A DNA stretch of 64,000 nt from Candidatus Binataceae bacterium (GTDB lineage: Bacteria > Desulfobacterota > Binatia > Binatales > Binataceae): NCBI GenBank assembly GCA_963752805.1, contig CAVWAA010000008.1, positions 594-64,593 of the forward strand, read 5' to 3'. Positions 9,725 through 19,522 of this stretch are shown here, in pieces. The stretch's first letter is position 1. The number at the start of each line of letters is the position of its first letter. The notes beneath the pieces are model-generated. The model saw only the letters and a program-made list of their open reading frames with translations. It was not told the DNA's origin and searched no databases. The translations under genes and the position numbers were made by a program.

Positions 9725-9899
9725 TAAAATGCGCACGGCGCAGACGCCTTTGCTCGGCTTCGCTGCGCTCCGCCTAGTGTAAAATGCGCACGGCGCAGAC
9801 GCCTTTGCTCGGCTCGCTGCGCTCCACTTCGTTGCGCATGGCGATGCTCGGCTTCGCTGCGCTCCGCCTAGTGTAAAATGCGCACGGCGCAGACGCCTT
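9725..9899. repeat. nested direct-repeat array abutting the AI-2E start codon
   Basis: The 55-bp unit TAAAATGCGCACGGCGCAGACGCCTTTGCTCGGCTTCGCTGCGCTCCGCCTAGTG is at 9725-9779. A second copy at 9780-9873 has a 39-bp internal expansion that re-duplicates the GCTCGGCT(T)CGCTGCGCTCC core. A third copy, 26 bp of the 5' part only, is at 9874-9899. Confidence 0.9.
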
Positions 9900-10133
9900 C
9901 CTGACGCACTCCTTCGTAGTCGCACCTCCAAACGGCGCTGTGCGCCGATCGGGCAGATCTCGTTTGCTCGCATCGCTCCCTTGCGTGCTCGGCTCTGCGA
10001 ACGCATCTGGCATGGTTTTCCAGCCTCTCACCGTTTGGCGGCTCGCGCCAGCGTCGACTTCCCATGTAATACGGCTTGACCTTCTCTTCCGCTAATCGCG
10101 CGCTAGGGTGAAAATGCCGTGGGAGGCCGAAGC

Positions 10134-10565
10134 ATGGAGATTAATGGAATCGCACATATTATCGTAACTGTGAGCCGGTTCGACGAGTGCGTGGCGTTTT
10201 ATCGGCGCCTGCTCCCGTATCTCGGGCTCAGTAGAATCGTTCACGACAGGGACGACTATTTCTATTGCATCGGCGGACGCACCGGTTTCGGCATCTCTCG
10301 CGCGGCCCAACAGTATCGCCAGGAACATTGCGACCAAACACGGCCGGGCCTTCATCACCTGTGCTTTCGTGCGCGCTCGCGCGATGATGTCGATGCAGTT
10401 TGGCGATTGGCTAAGGAACTTGGCGCAACAATCCTGCGTCCTCCGGAGGGAGGGGACTGGGCACCCGGCTACTATTCGACCTTGTTCGAAGATCCGGACG
10501 GTGTCCGGCTGGAGATAAATTACATTCCGGGCAAGGGCTTACTTGCCTCCGATCCGAGTAGATAA
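10134..10565 (+). CDS. VOC (glyoxalase/bleomycin-resistance/dioxygenase) family protein
   Basis: GGGAGG lies 8 nt before the ATG at 10134. The sequence reads MEINGIAHIIVTVSRFDECVAFY...HHLCFRA...GYYSTLFEDPDGVRLEI. Confidence 0.75.
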   Translation: MEINGIAHIIVTVSRFDECVAFYRRLLPYLGLSRIVHDRDDYFYCIGGRTGFGISRAAQQYRQEHCDQTRPGLHHLCFRARSRDDVDAVWRLAKELGATILRPPEGGDWAPGYYSTLFEDPDGVRLEINYIPGKGLLASDPSR

Positions 10566-10641
10566 TGTTATCTGACAGTGTGATTGACATCGGAATCCAA
10601 ATCTGGGCTCCGTCCTTTTCTTGTACGGCCGAGCAAGCACG

Positions 10642-11277
10642 ATGCGAATAGCCTTATTCGGTGGCAGTTTCAATCCAATCCACCTGGGGCACCTACGAGC
10701 CGCAGAGGAGGACCGCGAGGCGATGGGTCTGGATCTGATCTATTTTGTTCCAGCCGCCTCGCCACCCCATAAACAGCCCATTGGTCTGGCGCCCGCCGAG
10801 CATCGTCTGCAGATGGTGCGGCTGGCAACGAAAGGCAACCGCTATTTCATGGTGTCGGACGTCGAGGTACGCCGCGGCGGCAGCTCGTTTACAATCGATA
10901 CGGTCCGCTACTTCCGCGCGACAATGCGGGCGCAGCCGGAATTGTATCTGATTATGGGCGGTGACCAATTCGTAGAACTTGACACGTGGAAAGAAGCGGA
11001 TGAACTAGCAGGACTGTGCAATATTATCGTTCACACGCGTTTGGGCGAAAGGCAGCAGAGCGCCGAGGTTCCGATTGAGAAATTGGACCGCTTTGGTTAT
11101 AGTACGCATGATAATTTTTACGTGCATTCCAGCGGTCATACCCTCAAATTCGTTAGTACCACATTTTTCCCTATTTCGGCCACTGTAATTCGGCGCAAGG
11201 TCGCTGCAGGTGAATCGATTCGCTATCTCGTGCCAAGTGATGTTGCTGATTATATCGAACGGCATGTTCCCTACTAA
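10642..11277 (+). CDS. nadD: nicotinate-nucleotide adenylyltransferase
   Basis: MRIALFGGSFNPIHLGHL carries the (H/T)xGH motif, followed by ...ISATVIRRKV. It sits in the conserved nadD-rsfS pairing. Confidence 0.9.
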   Translation: MRIALFGGSFNPIHLGHLRAAEEDREAMGLDLIYFVPAASPPHKQPIGLAPAEHRLQMVRLATKGNRYFMVSDVEVRRGGSSFTIDTVRYFRATMRAQPELYLIMGGDQFVELDTWKEADELAGLCNIIVHTRLGERQQSAEVPIEKLDRFGYSTHDNFYVHSSGHTLKFVSTTFFPISATVIRRKVAAGESIRYLVPSDVADYIERHVPY

Positions 11278-11380
11278 TTTTTTGCCGAAACGGCCGCCGG
11301 TGGTCAATAAATTGCCACGTCGCGGGTTTTACCATTTTCAGCGGTATCTCAGCAGATTGCGCAGCAGGTAACGCCGACTC

Positions 11381-11770
11381 GTGGATTCACTCCAAAAGGT
11401 GCTTGCTGCTGTAGAGGCAGCACTCGAAAAAAAGGCCTATGACCTAACCGTGCTAGAAGTGGAGCATTTAAGTTCCATCGCAGACTACTTTATTATCGCT
11501 ACCGGTCGCTCTGATGTCCAAGTGCAGGCCATCGCACGCGGCATCGAAGAACGGATGGACCGCGAAGCCGCTCACCCGAGCTCGATAGAAGGTCTACATC
11601 GCGCCCATTGGGTCGTGCTGGACTACGACGATCTCGTGGTCCATGTATTTCTCGCGGCGACGCGTGAATTCTACCGCTTGGAACGAACTTGGACCGACGC
11701 TCAGGAAATTCCTCTCCCTGAGCCATTACGCTCACAAGTACGCGACCTTCAGCTAAGAGCTTCAGGCTAA
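11381..11770 (+). CDS. rsfS: ribosome silencing factor RsfS (iojap family)
   Basis: It uses a GTG start. The sequence has DYFIIATGRSDVQVQAIARGIEE...WVVLDYDDLVVHVF. It lies directly after nadD. Confidence 0.85.
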   Translation: MDSLQKVLAAVEAALEKKAYDLTVLEVEHLSSIADYFIIATGRSDVQVQAIARGIEERMDREAAHPSSIEGLHRAHWVVLDYDDLVVHVFLAATREFYRLERTWTDAQEIPLPEPLRSQVRDLQLRASG

Positions 11771-11938
11771 TTCTCTTGTTACCTCTACGGCGCAAGGCTA
11801 CTATAGTCTTGGCCACATAGTTCAACAGTTGACAAGGCACGAATCGAGCATGATTCGTTCCGGAAATCTTGCGGCTGCGCTAAAATAGGGCTATCTAGCT
11901 GTGAACTAAGCCTTTTTTCCAGGGACTGGAGGCTATGG

Positions 11939-12685
11939 ATGCGCGAGCCTGAAACGACTGACCTGAGTTTCATCAACCTGCTGCAGGAGTTTCGGGCAGT
12001 TGGAGAATTTGCAAAATTTGCTGGTCATGCATGGACCGGGCGGTTAGGCGGCCGGGCAGCCAAAAGCCGATCAATCTTGCTGATCCCTGGTTTTCTGGCG
12101 GGCGATGCGACCCTGTATCCATTTGCGAATTGGCTACGCGCGCGCGGCCACCAGGTATTTTTTTCCGGTATTTTGGCCAATACTGACTGCCCACGGCGCG
12201 TTATTGATCGTTTGACGAATCTCGTAATTGAGCGCTGTACCCGGGCCGGAGAGAAGCTGGTTGTGATCGGCCACAGCCTTGGCGGAATTTACGCCCGAGA
12301 ACTAGGGCGGCGGTTGCCGCAATGCATAGAGCAGGTGATCCTGCTGGGGTCACCTATAAAGGACCCTCACATACACTCTAATCCGTACGTGAAGATGTTG
12401 GCTCTGCTGACCAGGCACATTCGAGAGACCGGGCATGGTTGTGACGGTGAACTGGCAACGATCTGCGGCGTGCATGCCGCCGAGGCACCGCACATTCCGG
12501 AAACGCTGATATACTCGAAAAGCGACGGCGTGGTCGATTGGGCTAGCTGTATCGAGGACGGTCCGAACGTGAAGGCGTTTGAGGTCGACTCAACCCATTG
12601 CGGCCTGCCCTACAATCTCGACACGCTTCGAATCGTTCGTGCACGGATAGAGGAAACCGGCCACAAGCTCCAGCCACCCCTATAA
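11939..12685 (+). CDS. alpha/beta-hydrolase (lipase/esterase-like)
   Basis: It has the nucleophile elbow VIGHSLGG. Size and layout fit an alpha/beta hydrolase. Confidence 0.7.
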   Translation: MREPETTDLSFINLLQEFRAVGEFAKFAGHAWTGRLGGRAAKSRSILLIPGFLAGDATLYPFANWLRARGHQVFFSGILANTDCPRRVIDRLTNLVIERCTRAGEKLVVIGHSLGGIYARELGRRLPQCIEQVILLGSPIKDPHIHSNPYVKMLALLTRHIRETGHGCDGELATICGVHAAEAPHIPETLIYSKSDGVVDWASCIEDGPNVKAFEVDSTHCGLPYNLDTLRIVRARIEETGHKLQPPL

Positions 12686-12755
12686 CTGCGGCGCATCGCG
12701 AGATTGTCGATTTTCATAGGGCTGCGAGAGAAACATCGGTATCCCTCGCGGGGCT

Positions 12756-12820
12756 GCCACGCGCAGGAATGACAGGAAAAGGCACGCGTTCTCTTAGTTT
12801 GTCATTCTCGCGCGGGTGGC
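12756..12820. repeat. imperfect inverted repeat built on a GTCATTC(C/T)-GCGCG REP-like motif
   Basis: GCCACGCGCAGGAATGAC (12756-12773) faces GTCATTCTCGCGCGGGTGGC (12801-12820). A third copy of the motif, GTCATTCCCGCGCGTGCC, is at 14623-14640. Confidence 0.6.
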
Positions 12821-12923
12821 TGCCGCGCGTGAAGAATCCGGATCTTTTTTCGGTCATTTAAGACCGCCGGCAAGAAAATCGACAGTCTCGCATCGCTGCG
12901 GAGTTGGCCCATATACAAGAGCG

Positions 12924-14369
12924 TCAAGCGGCCGCGGCATTGGGACGAGCACTGGTCTGCGGCACAGCCGGCGGCATCGGGGGAACTGGAACCACTCCTT
13001 GTCTGCGGAGCATGGCATTAAATTGACGAAGTCCAGCGTTGAGCGCTGCCACACCGACGCGTGCGGCGATGCCTGCTTGAAAGAAGTCCGATAGCGGCCG
13101 GATCAATTGCGCCACTTCGACCAGCTTTCGCCTAACTGAAGGGTCTTCGCGCGCGGCCAGGCCAATACCGTCGAGGTACAAATTAAACAGTCTTACGGCT
13201 AATGGCTTTTCGCCCCTGGTAAATGGAAACCGCAGATCGACGCCCGCTGACAGCATCCACGGGTCGTGCTGAATTGAGGCCTCCGCCAGGTGATACGCTC
13301 GCGGAAACGCCGGGTCTGAGGGGTCGTAGCGATTGAGACACGAGCGCAGCATCTGCGCGGAAAGTACCGCCGCGGTCATCCCTTGAGCATAGACAGGATT
13401 GTAGGTGACGTATGCGTCGCCTATCGCGATGAAGCCAGCGCATCGCTGCTTCCAGCCTTCATAGTGACGCCACCGGTTGCGAATCGCGCGATTTGCATAG
13501 ACCGGCGATATCGGCTCCATCAAACGTGCCATCTCTGCTATCAACGGTGAGCGCAGGCGCGTGAGCGACGCCATAAAATCGGGCTCGCGAGTAGGCGGGT
13601 ATTCGCGGTTGAAACCGGAAAGTGTCAGATGCCACCGATTATGCTCCTTGAGTTGGAAGTTGGCTTCGACCAAATCGTCGGGACGCCGCCTGATATAAGC
13701 GCCCGCCCACCACCACCAATCATCCGGCCATCTCGCCGGTCCCTGGAACCAACGTGAAGCGTAGCCGGCCAACGGATCGACCACGGTCTCGCGCGGTGGG
13801 GGTATGCCGGCCTGCTCCAGCCATATTGGCGCTCGCGAAACGGAACCGCTCGCGTTGACTATCAGATCGGCCTCGATCGTTTCGGTATGGCCACGCGCAC
13901 CTGAAGGAATTAAGACTCCAACGCATCGCGCGCCGTTGCTGTGCACGCGCAGACCGGTGACCGCGGTACGCTCGCGCAGTTCGACGTTAGGAATCTGCCG
14001 GGACAGCTCGCGCACGCACGATTCGATAAGTTCCCGGCTGGCGCTAAGGAACTTCAGATCGGAGCGGTAGCGTGGCTGCCATCCCTGGGGCCGCAGCACC
14101 ACGAAATCGAGTGTATGGTCGTGGAACGTCGCACCTTTGTTGACCGCGAGCCGTTCGAAACCGGGGAACAGCTTTTCGTATTCGATTAAGCCCCGCACCA
14201 ACAGACCGTGCACATGCCGCGCTTGCGGTACGCCGGCCCGGTCCTCGATACCATCTGGAAACTTATCGCGATCAAGCACGGAGACGCGGTCGAAGAATTC
14301 GCTCAGCACACGCCCCGCTGCCAGGCCGGAAAAGCTCCCTCCGATAACCACTGCGTGCGTTCGCCCCAT
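12924..14369 (-). CDS. FAD-dependent oxidoreductase / monooxygenase-like protein
   Basis: The N-terminal Rossmann motif is HAVVIGGSFSGLAAG...VLDRD. GGAGAA precedes the ATG. It is 481 aa. Confidence 0.7.
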   Translation of the reverse strand: MGRTHAVVIGGSFSGLAAGRVLSEFFDRVSVLDRDKFPDGIEDRAGVPQARHVHGLLVRGLIEYEKLFPGFERLAVNKGATFHDHTLDFVVLRPQGWQPRYRSDLKFLSASRELIESCVRELSRQIPNVELRERTAVTGLRVHSNGARCVGVLIPSGARGHTETIEADLIVNASGSVSRAPIWLEQAGIPPPRETVVDPLAGYASRWFQGPARWPDDWWWWAGAYIRRRPDDLVEANFQLKEHNRWHLTLSGFNREYPPTREPDFMASLTRLRSPLIAEMARLMEPISPVYANRAIRNRWRHYEGWKQRCAGFIAIGDAYVTYNPVYAQGMTAAVLSAQMLRSCLNRYDPSDPAFPRAYHLAEASIQHDPWMLSAGVDLRFPFTRGEKPLAVRLFNLYLDGIGLAAREDPSVRRKLVEVAQLIRPLSDFFQAGIAARVGVAALNAGLRQFNAMLRRQGVVPVPPMPPAVPQTSARPNAAAA

Positions 14370-14789
14370 AACGTTCTCCGAGTACTGGGGCGCAAGGTTG
14401 CGCCCGAGCAGGCTTCAGCCGCAAAGCTCAATTTGATAGTAGCGCCTCGCTCCAGCCCGGAAAAAGTGTTAATCCGGTCGTGCGGCTGAGACTCTCGAAG
14501 TGTGTGAACGACGAGTCAGGCCTGGCATGCAGAAAAATGCACCTTCGACTTCTCCATCCCGTTGACCGGCGCAGCTCAGTCTGAAGCATGATTGATGAAG
14601 CATGGAAGACGCCTTCTGAGCTGTCATTCCCGCGCGTGCCTGGCGCGCCCACTCCGTACCTTATTTTTGACACGCGATCGAGATATACAAGGAATCCCGA
14701 AACGGCAGAGCGAAGACGCGGGACCCTTCGGCGGCAGCCACGCGAGGGTGACAGACCAAGTGCAGAGCGATTAGGAGGGCAAGGCGACC

Positions 14790-15873
14790 ATGGAATTCGG
14801 CATCGGCTTTGACACTCACGTTAACAAATGGGATCTCGCGCGTTACGGCGAAGAACTCGGCTACGATCGATGCTGGGTGCCCGATTCGCAAATGATCTGG
14901 TCGGATTGCTACGCGGTGCTGGCACTGGCCGCGGCGAACACCAGGCATATCAAACTTGGCACCGGCGTCGCGATTGCGGGCACGCGTATCGCGCCAGTAA
15001 CTGCACACTCTATCGCCAGCATCAATCAGCTTGCGCCGGGGCGCACGTTTTTGGGAATCGGCACCGGCCATACCGCGATGCGCGTGATGGGGCAGAATCC
15101 GATGCCGCTCGGCGAATTTCGCGAGTATCTGCGCGTGGTGCGCGAACTGCTGGCGGGCAAGGCGGTCGAATATAGCTATCGCGGCTCTACCCGCGAAATC
15201 CAATTTCTTCATCGTGATCGGCATTTCATCAATCTCGACCGTCCCATTCCAATCTACGTCGCTGCCAATGGGCCGCGGGTATGCAGACTCGCGGGCGAAT
15301 TTGGCGATGGCTGGGTTACGGCGGGTGGAATCAATGCACGCGTGGCGCATAGGCTGAAGCTTATTAGCGAGGGCGCGACCGGAACGGGCCGCAGCCTGCC
15401 CAGTCAATTTTCATGTTACCGCGCTTACTACCGCATGCGTGCTCAGGCCGGGCGAGACACTCAGCTCTGAACGCGTTGTCAATGAGACCGGCGCCCAGGT
15501 CGCCAGCGCATTGCATTTTGTCTACGAAACATGGAAAACGCGCGGCAAAAACGACGACGCTATCCCGCCGTTTTTTCGCAATGTATGGAACGATTACCTA
15601 AAGCGCGTGGAGAGTTTTTCATTGCCTGAAAATGCGCGCTTTCGCCAGATTCATGAAGGCCATGGCACCTTCCTGCAGCCCGGCGAACGTAAGTACGTGA
15701 CGCCAGAGACAATCCGAGGGACCTGCATTGTTGGCGAGCCTGACGAAATCATCGGGCGGATTCGCGCGATGGAGCTGGCGGGCATCCGCGAAGTGCTTCT
15801 GCTGCCACCGGCGGACACTCAACGGCAAGTCTTTCGCGATTTTGCCGAACAGGTCATGCCTGCATTCCGGTGA
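14790..15873 (+). pseudogene. LLM-class (luciferase-like, F420-type) oxidoreductase; one frameshift in a T4 run
   Basis: The N-terminal part is ORF 14790..15470 (MEFGIGFD...CWVPDSQMIW...GIGTGH). The C-terminal part is ORF 15439..15873. Reading agt caa ttt(t) cat gtt acc restores ...SLPSQF-HVTALTTACVLRPGETL. The extra T lies in TTTT at 15408-15411. Confidence 0.8.
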
Positions 15874-16111
15874 TTACCATTTTGATCGCTCCGCTATGCG
15901 CGCGTCGCAAACCGAGCGTGCAAGGTCTTTGGCGAAATCGTAACGATTGTGAAATCAAGATTCTTAGTGGAGCGCTCGCGGCGGTTTCGAGGTGGTGTCT
16001 GTCAATTGACGGAAAAGAGATCGGGCGCCAAATCAGCGAGCTTAGCAGTAATGCGTTTGCACTAGGTTAGCCCAAAATCGTTCAACGGCTTGCAGCCGAA
16101 CCAAAACCATT

Positions 16112-17132
16112 TCAGGCGCGGCGGAGTACGAGGTCCGAGCCATAGCGAAGCACGAATCTGGCTAAGTCACGACCAATCAAAAGGCCGACCGGCTTTTTGA
16201 CCTTCTCCCTCAGCTGATCAAGGGCCGCATCGACATTTTGCGACCGGTCTTCCGCGGTCGAGATGATCAATCCCATATCAGCGTCAGGATATTGCTCGAA
16301 TGCTCTCCCTATGTCATCCACAGCGCGCGTGTCGCTCATTTGTCCTTCGTAGGACTTGACCTGGACGACACATTTTTTCGGAGGAAGCAGTCCTTCCATT
16401 GCCAGCCAGTCGTCATACTCAATGATGAGATCGGCACCGTGATCGCCCGAACCACCTTGTCGCGTAACGCGGGCTCCTGGAACTCGCGTGAATTACTTGT
16501 TCCAGTAGCGACTCGAGATTTCTATTTGGAGCGGCCCTTTGGATTAGGCCCGCTATTTGCGCGAGCAAGGGCTCAAGTTCCGCGGCTAGTGCGCCAATAT
16601 CAGTCGAGAGGCTGAAAGAGGTGCCCAAGCGGTTACTTCGCGCGGCTTCGACGAGGTTCTCGAAATCGCTCTGCGCGTTAATCCTCCATTTTTTGCCTTG
16701 CAGCATGAGCCTAGCCCGTAGATACGGGGGTACTGCTGCATCCCGACGGTCGAATTCGAAAAAGGAACTCGGATCCACGCTGACCGAATGGTTGAAATCA
16801 TCGTATTGACCCAACCATTTATAGGGACCAGTAACTTTAGCTGCACAGCACCTGCTAACTTCTGGCACGTTAATATAGACCCACCAGTCGCCGGCTTGAA
16901 CGTTCAACAAAAACGCCTGGTAGCAGTCCTTCTCATCTGCACTAAGAGAATCCCAGCCTTGCGTTGTAATTCTTTGTTGGAGGGTCGTTAGGTCAGCAGT
17001 CGGCGTGTAGCTCCAACCGAATCGAGCGACACCATCCTTAAGCGACGCCCTAAGTTCTGCGTTTACTTCGGCCATCGGGGTTCCGTCTTCGTCCCTGGCT
17101 CCCTTGATGGCCCAAATCGTGTATTCCACCAT
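16112..17132 (-). pseudogene. two-domain Mrr-type (PD-(D/E)xK) restriction endonuclease-like protein; one frameshift
   Basis: The C-terminal frame is open from 16493 and reads FTRVPGARVTRQGGSGDHGADLIIEYDD...KCVVQVKSYEG...GLIISTAED...LIGRDL, which matches the Mrr_cat D...E...QxK pattern. About 210 aa of the N-terminal domain is in ORF 16419..17189 (MVEYTIWAIKG...GDWWVYINVP...). The frames swap at about 16483-16495. Confidence 0.65.
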
Positions 17133-17224
17133 CGCTCCTACCTCACGGCGTGTGACAGCTGCCAGTCCATGCCAAACGCCATAACGCATTGTACGCGCCT
17201 ATACACCCTCGGAAGTCTTGAGTA

Positions 17225-17503
17225 CTACTCATAGAGAATTTCTCTTGTCCTCCCCATCGACGAGCCTTTCGTAAGGCTGACCTGAGCGCGACGACCTTCA
17301 ATCTTTGAGAGCAACTCCGACCGGAGTTCTCTCCCGCCGAATATGAGAGTGAGAAAGTCCGTGACCTGACATCGTGGGCAGAGCACCAGTATATGCCCTT
17401 CGCGCTTGGGGTCGTTGCCGTCAAAACAGTTGCAGGCCATCTTCAGCCCACACCATTCACAATAGACCCGATGAAGTTTTCCTATGTTTTCGAATTGGCT
17501 CAT
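17225..17503 (-). CDS. small Cys-rich (zinc-ribbon-like) protein, function unknown
   Basis: It is 92 aa with CEWC...CNC...CPRC. It lies 92 nt upstream of, and co-oriented with, the Mrr-like gene in the same AT-richer patch. Confidence 0.45.
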   Translation of the reverse strand: MSQFENIGKLHRVYCEWCGLKMACNCFDGNDPKREGHILVLCPRCQVTDFLTLIFGGRELRSELLSKIEGRRAQVSLTKGSSMGRTREILYE

Positions 17504-17635
17504 GCGTGTTTCAAAATCCCGCTATTCCGCCCGTAACGTCTTTTGTCAAAGCTTGCGAAGGGGGCTTTATCGCATGAAAACTCTCCTCTTGCAAAACTTC
17601 ACGGCAAAACATTGTTCGATAACGTCGGGGGATTG

Positions 17636-19033
17636 TTAAAAATTCGGAACTGGCAGGGGGCCGCGGGCGCGCTCATAGGCATCAGCTACCCGCAGTATCC
17701 CGATTTCATCAAAGGGCCGGCCGATTATCTGGAATGATAGCGGCGCCTTGTCAGCGGTGATGGCGATCGGCAGCGCGATTGCCGGCTGGCCGGTTGCATT
17801 GAATGGCGCCGTGTGGCGAATCATCTCCAACAGACCAGCCGCCGAGCCTGAACCGCGCGCTTGCGCGCACTTCGTCGGCGGTGTTGCGCAAACCGGCGAT
17901 GCGAGCACGTCAACTCGTTCCAGCGCGCTTATCGCCTCGCCCAAAAGCACCGAGCGGGCGCGTTGCGCGCGAATATAAGCGGTGACCGGCATCGTCATGG
18001 CCATTTCCAGCATCCGCCTGACGCCTTTGCCATACTGATCGGCGCGCGCGCGAATCCATTGCTCGTGGTATTCGAGCGCCTCGCCCCAAATGATGTGAAG
18101 CACCATCATCGGAACCGCATCGATCGAAGGCATCGAAACTTCCTCAATCTCTGCCCCTAGCGCCGCAAGCTGTTTCATCGCAGCGTCGAATCCTTCACCC
18201 ACCTCCGCGCTAACGCCGGTTCGCAGCTCGCGAATTACACCGATACGGGTTCCTTTGATGTCGCCGGTGAGTGCTCGCGCGTAATCCGGCACCGGCTCGC
18301 GGCTGCTGGTTGCATCCTTGGGATCGAAACCCGCAATCACTTCAAGCATCAGCGCGGCGTCGCGTACGCTGCGCGTAATCGGGCCGGCGTGGTCGAGCGA
18401 ATCGGCCAGCGGCAGCACTCCGTAACGGCTGACACGGCTCCAGGTCTGTTTGAGCCCGACACATCCACAAAAGGCCGCCGGGATACGAATCGAACCGCCG
18501 GTATCGCTGCCAATGGTCGCGGCGGCACTGCGGGCGACAATCGCGGCAGCAGAACCTGAGCTTGACCCACCGGGGATTCGCTCGGGATCGTATGGGTTGA
18601 GAGTGGTGCCCCAGGCGGTGGCGGCCGTCCCGCCGCAGGCGAACTCGTGCATGTTTAATTTGCCGAGCAGTACCGCACCTTGAGCGGCCAGCCGGGCCCA
18701 GACCGTCGCATCGTAATCGGGCACGTTATCGGCAAGCACCCGGGAGGCACTGGTGGTCAGGATACCTTTGGTGTTGCAGAGATCCTTCAAAGCCACCGGG
18801 ACGCCGTGGAACGGCCCGCGCCATCGGCCAGCCATAATCTCCGCTTCCGCCTGACGAGCGGAGGTTCGTGCCAGCTCGGCCGTAACAGTTATATAAGCAT
18901 GCAGACGCGCTTCTGTCTGTTCGATCCGCGCCAGGTAGGCGTCAGTCACCTCGACCGGCGACAGTTCGTGGGCCTGGAATTTCTCCGCCAGCTCCGCCAC
19001 ATCGAACGACCGCAGTTCGTCGCTATTCGTCAT
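17636..19033 (-). CDS. amidase (amidase-signature family, GatA-like)
   Basis: It has the AS signature GGSSSGSAAAIV...GSDTGGSIRIPAAFCG. I prefer the ATG at 19033 (GAGG 8 nt upstream) over the GTG at 19042. Confidence 0.9.
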   Translation of the reverse strand: MTNSDELRSFDVAELAEKFQAHELSPVEVTDAYLARIEQTEARLHAYITVTAELARTSARQAEAEIMAGRWRGPFHGVPVALKDLCNTKGILTTSASRVLADNVPDYDATVWARLAAQGAVLLGKLNMHEFACGGTAATAWGTTLNPYDPERIPGGSSSGSAAAIVARSAAATIGSDTGGSIRIPAAFCGCVGLKQTWSRVSRYGVLPLADSLDHAGPITRSVRDAALMLEVIAGFDPKDATSSREPVPDYARALTGDIKGTRIGVIRELRTGVSAEVGEGFDAAMKQLAALGAEIEEVSMPSIDAVPMMVLHIIWGEALEYHEQWIRARADQYGKGVRRMLEMAMTMPVTAYIRAQRARSVLLGEAISALERVDVLASPVCATPPTKCAQARGSGSAAGLLEMIRHTAPFNATGQPAIALPIAITADKAPLSFQIIGRPFDEIGILRVADAYERARGPLPVPNF

Positions 19034-19522
19034 GACCGTCACCTCGACTCAACGGCAAGACTTGACCTTCGGGATGCCAGCAGTGCTTTGAACCGTGCGC
19101 GGCCGTAGTCGATTTAAAAAGGTGCATAATAACTATCTTATTCATGTAGACATTCCCTTCCCTTTGTAACGTTCACGCCACTTGGTTACAAACCGTTGTC
19201 TACCGTTCTTGATGAGAGAGCGTTGGCGCATGAAATTCGCTCATCCTCAATCTGTTCCTCGCCCGCAACCTGAGTTTTTTTTCTGACAACCTCGTGCTCT
19301 AATGCCGCATGGAACATGCTAACGAGAACCGGCGCCGCGTGGCCGCTCTCGTCGAATGGGCGATGGGCCGCACTGCCGAGGCCAAAGTGATCAACGCTCG
19401 ACCGGCTCAAACCTGCCTCGCTTGACTCGAGTGCTGCGGCGCCGGTGAGGATAAAAGAGGCTAAGCCGTTGCCCCATCGGATTAGCTGCGGCGCTTAGCC
19501 TTCTGCGATCGGGTCATGAAGA

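Noticed and set aside
9725-9899. Possible CRISPR array
   Set aside because: The units are contiguous or nested with no unique spacers of regular length. There are only 2.5 copies and no cas genes in the window.
9719-10065. Three overlapping minus-strand ORFs (95, 85 and 65 aa) that all end in CAVRIL(K/H)
   Set aside because: Their shared ends come from the repeated 55-bp DNA unit. They have no start context, no family and repeat-derived low complexity.
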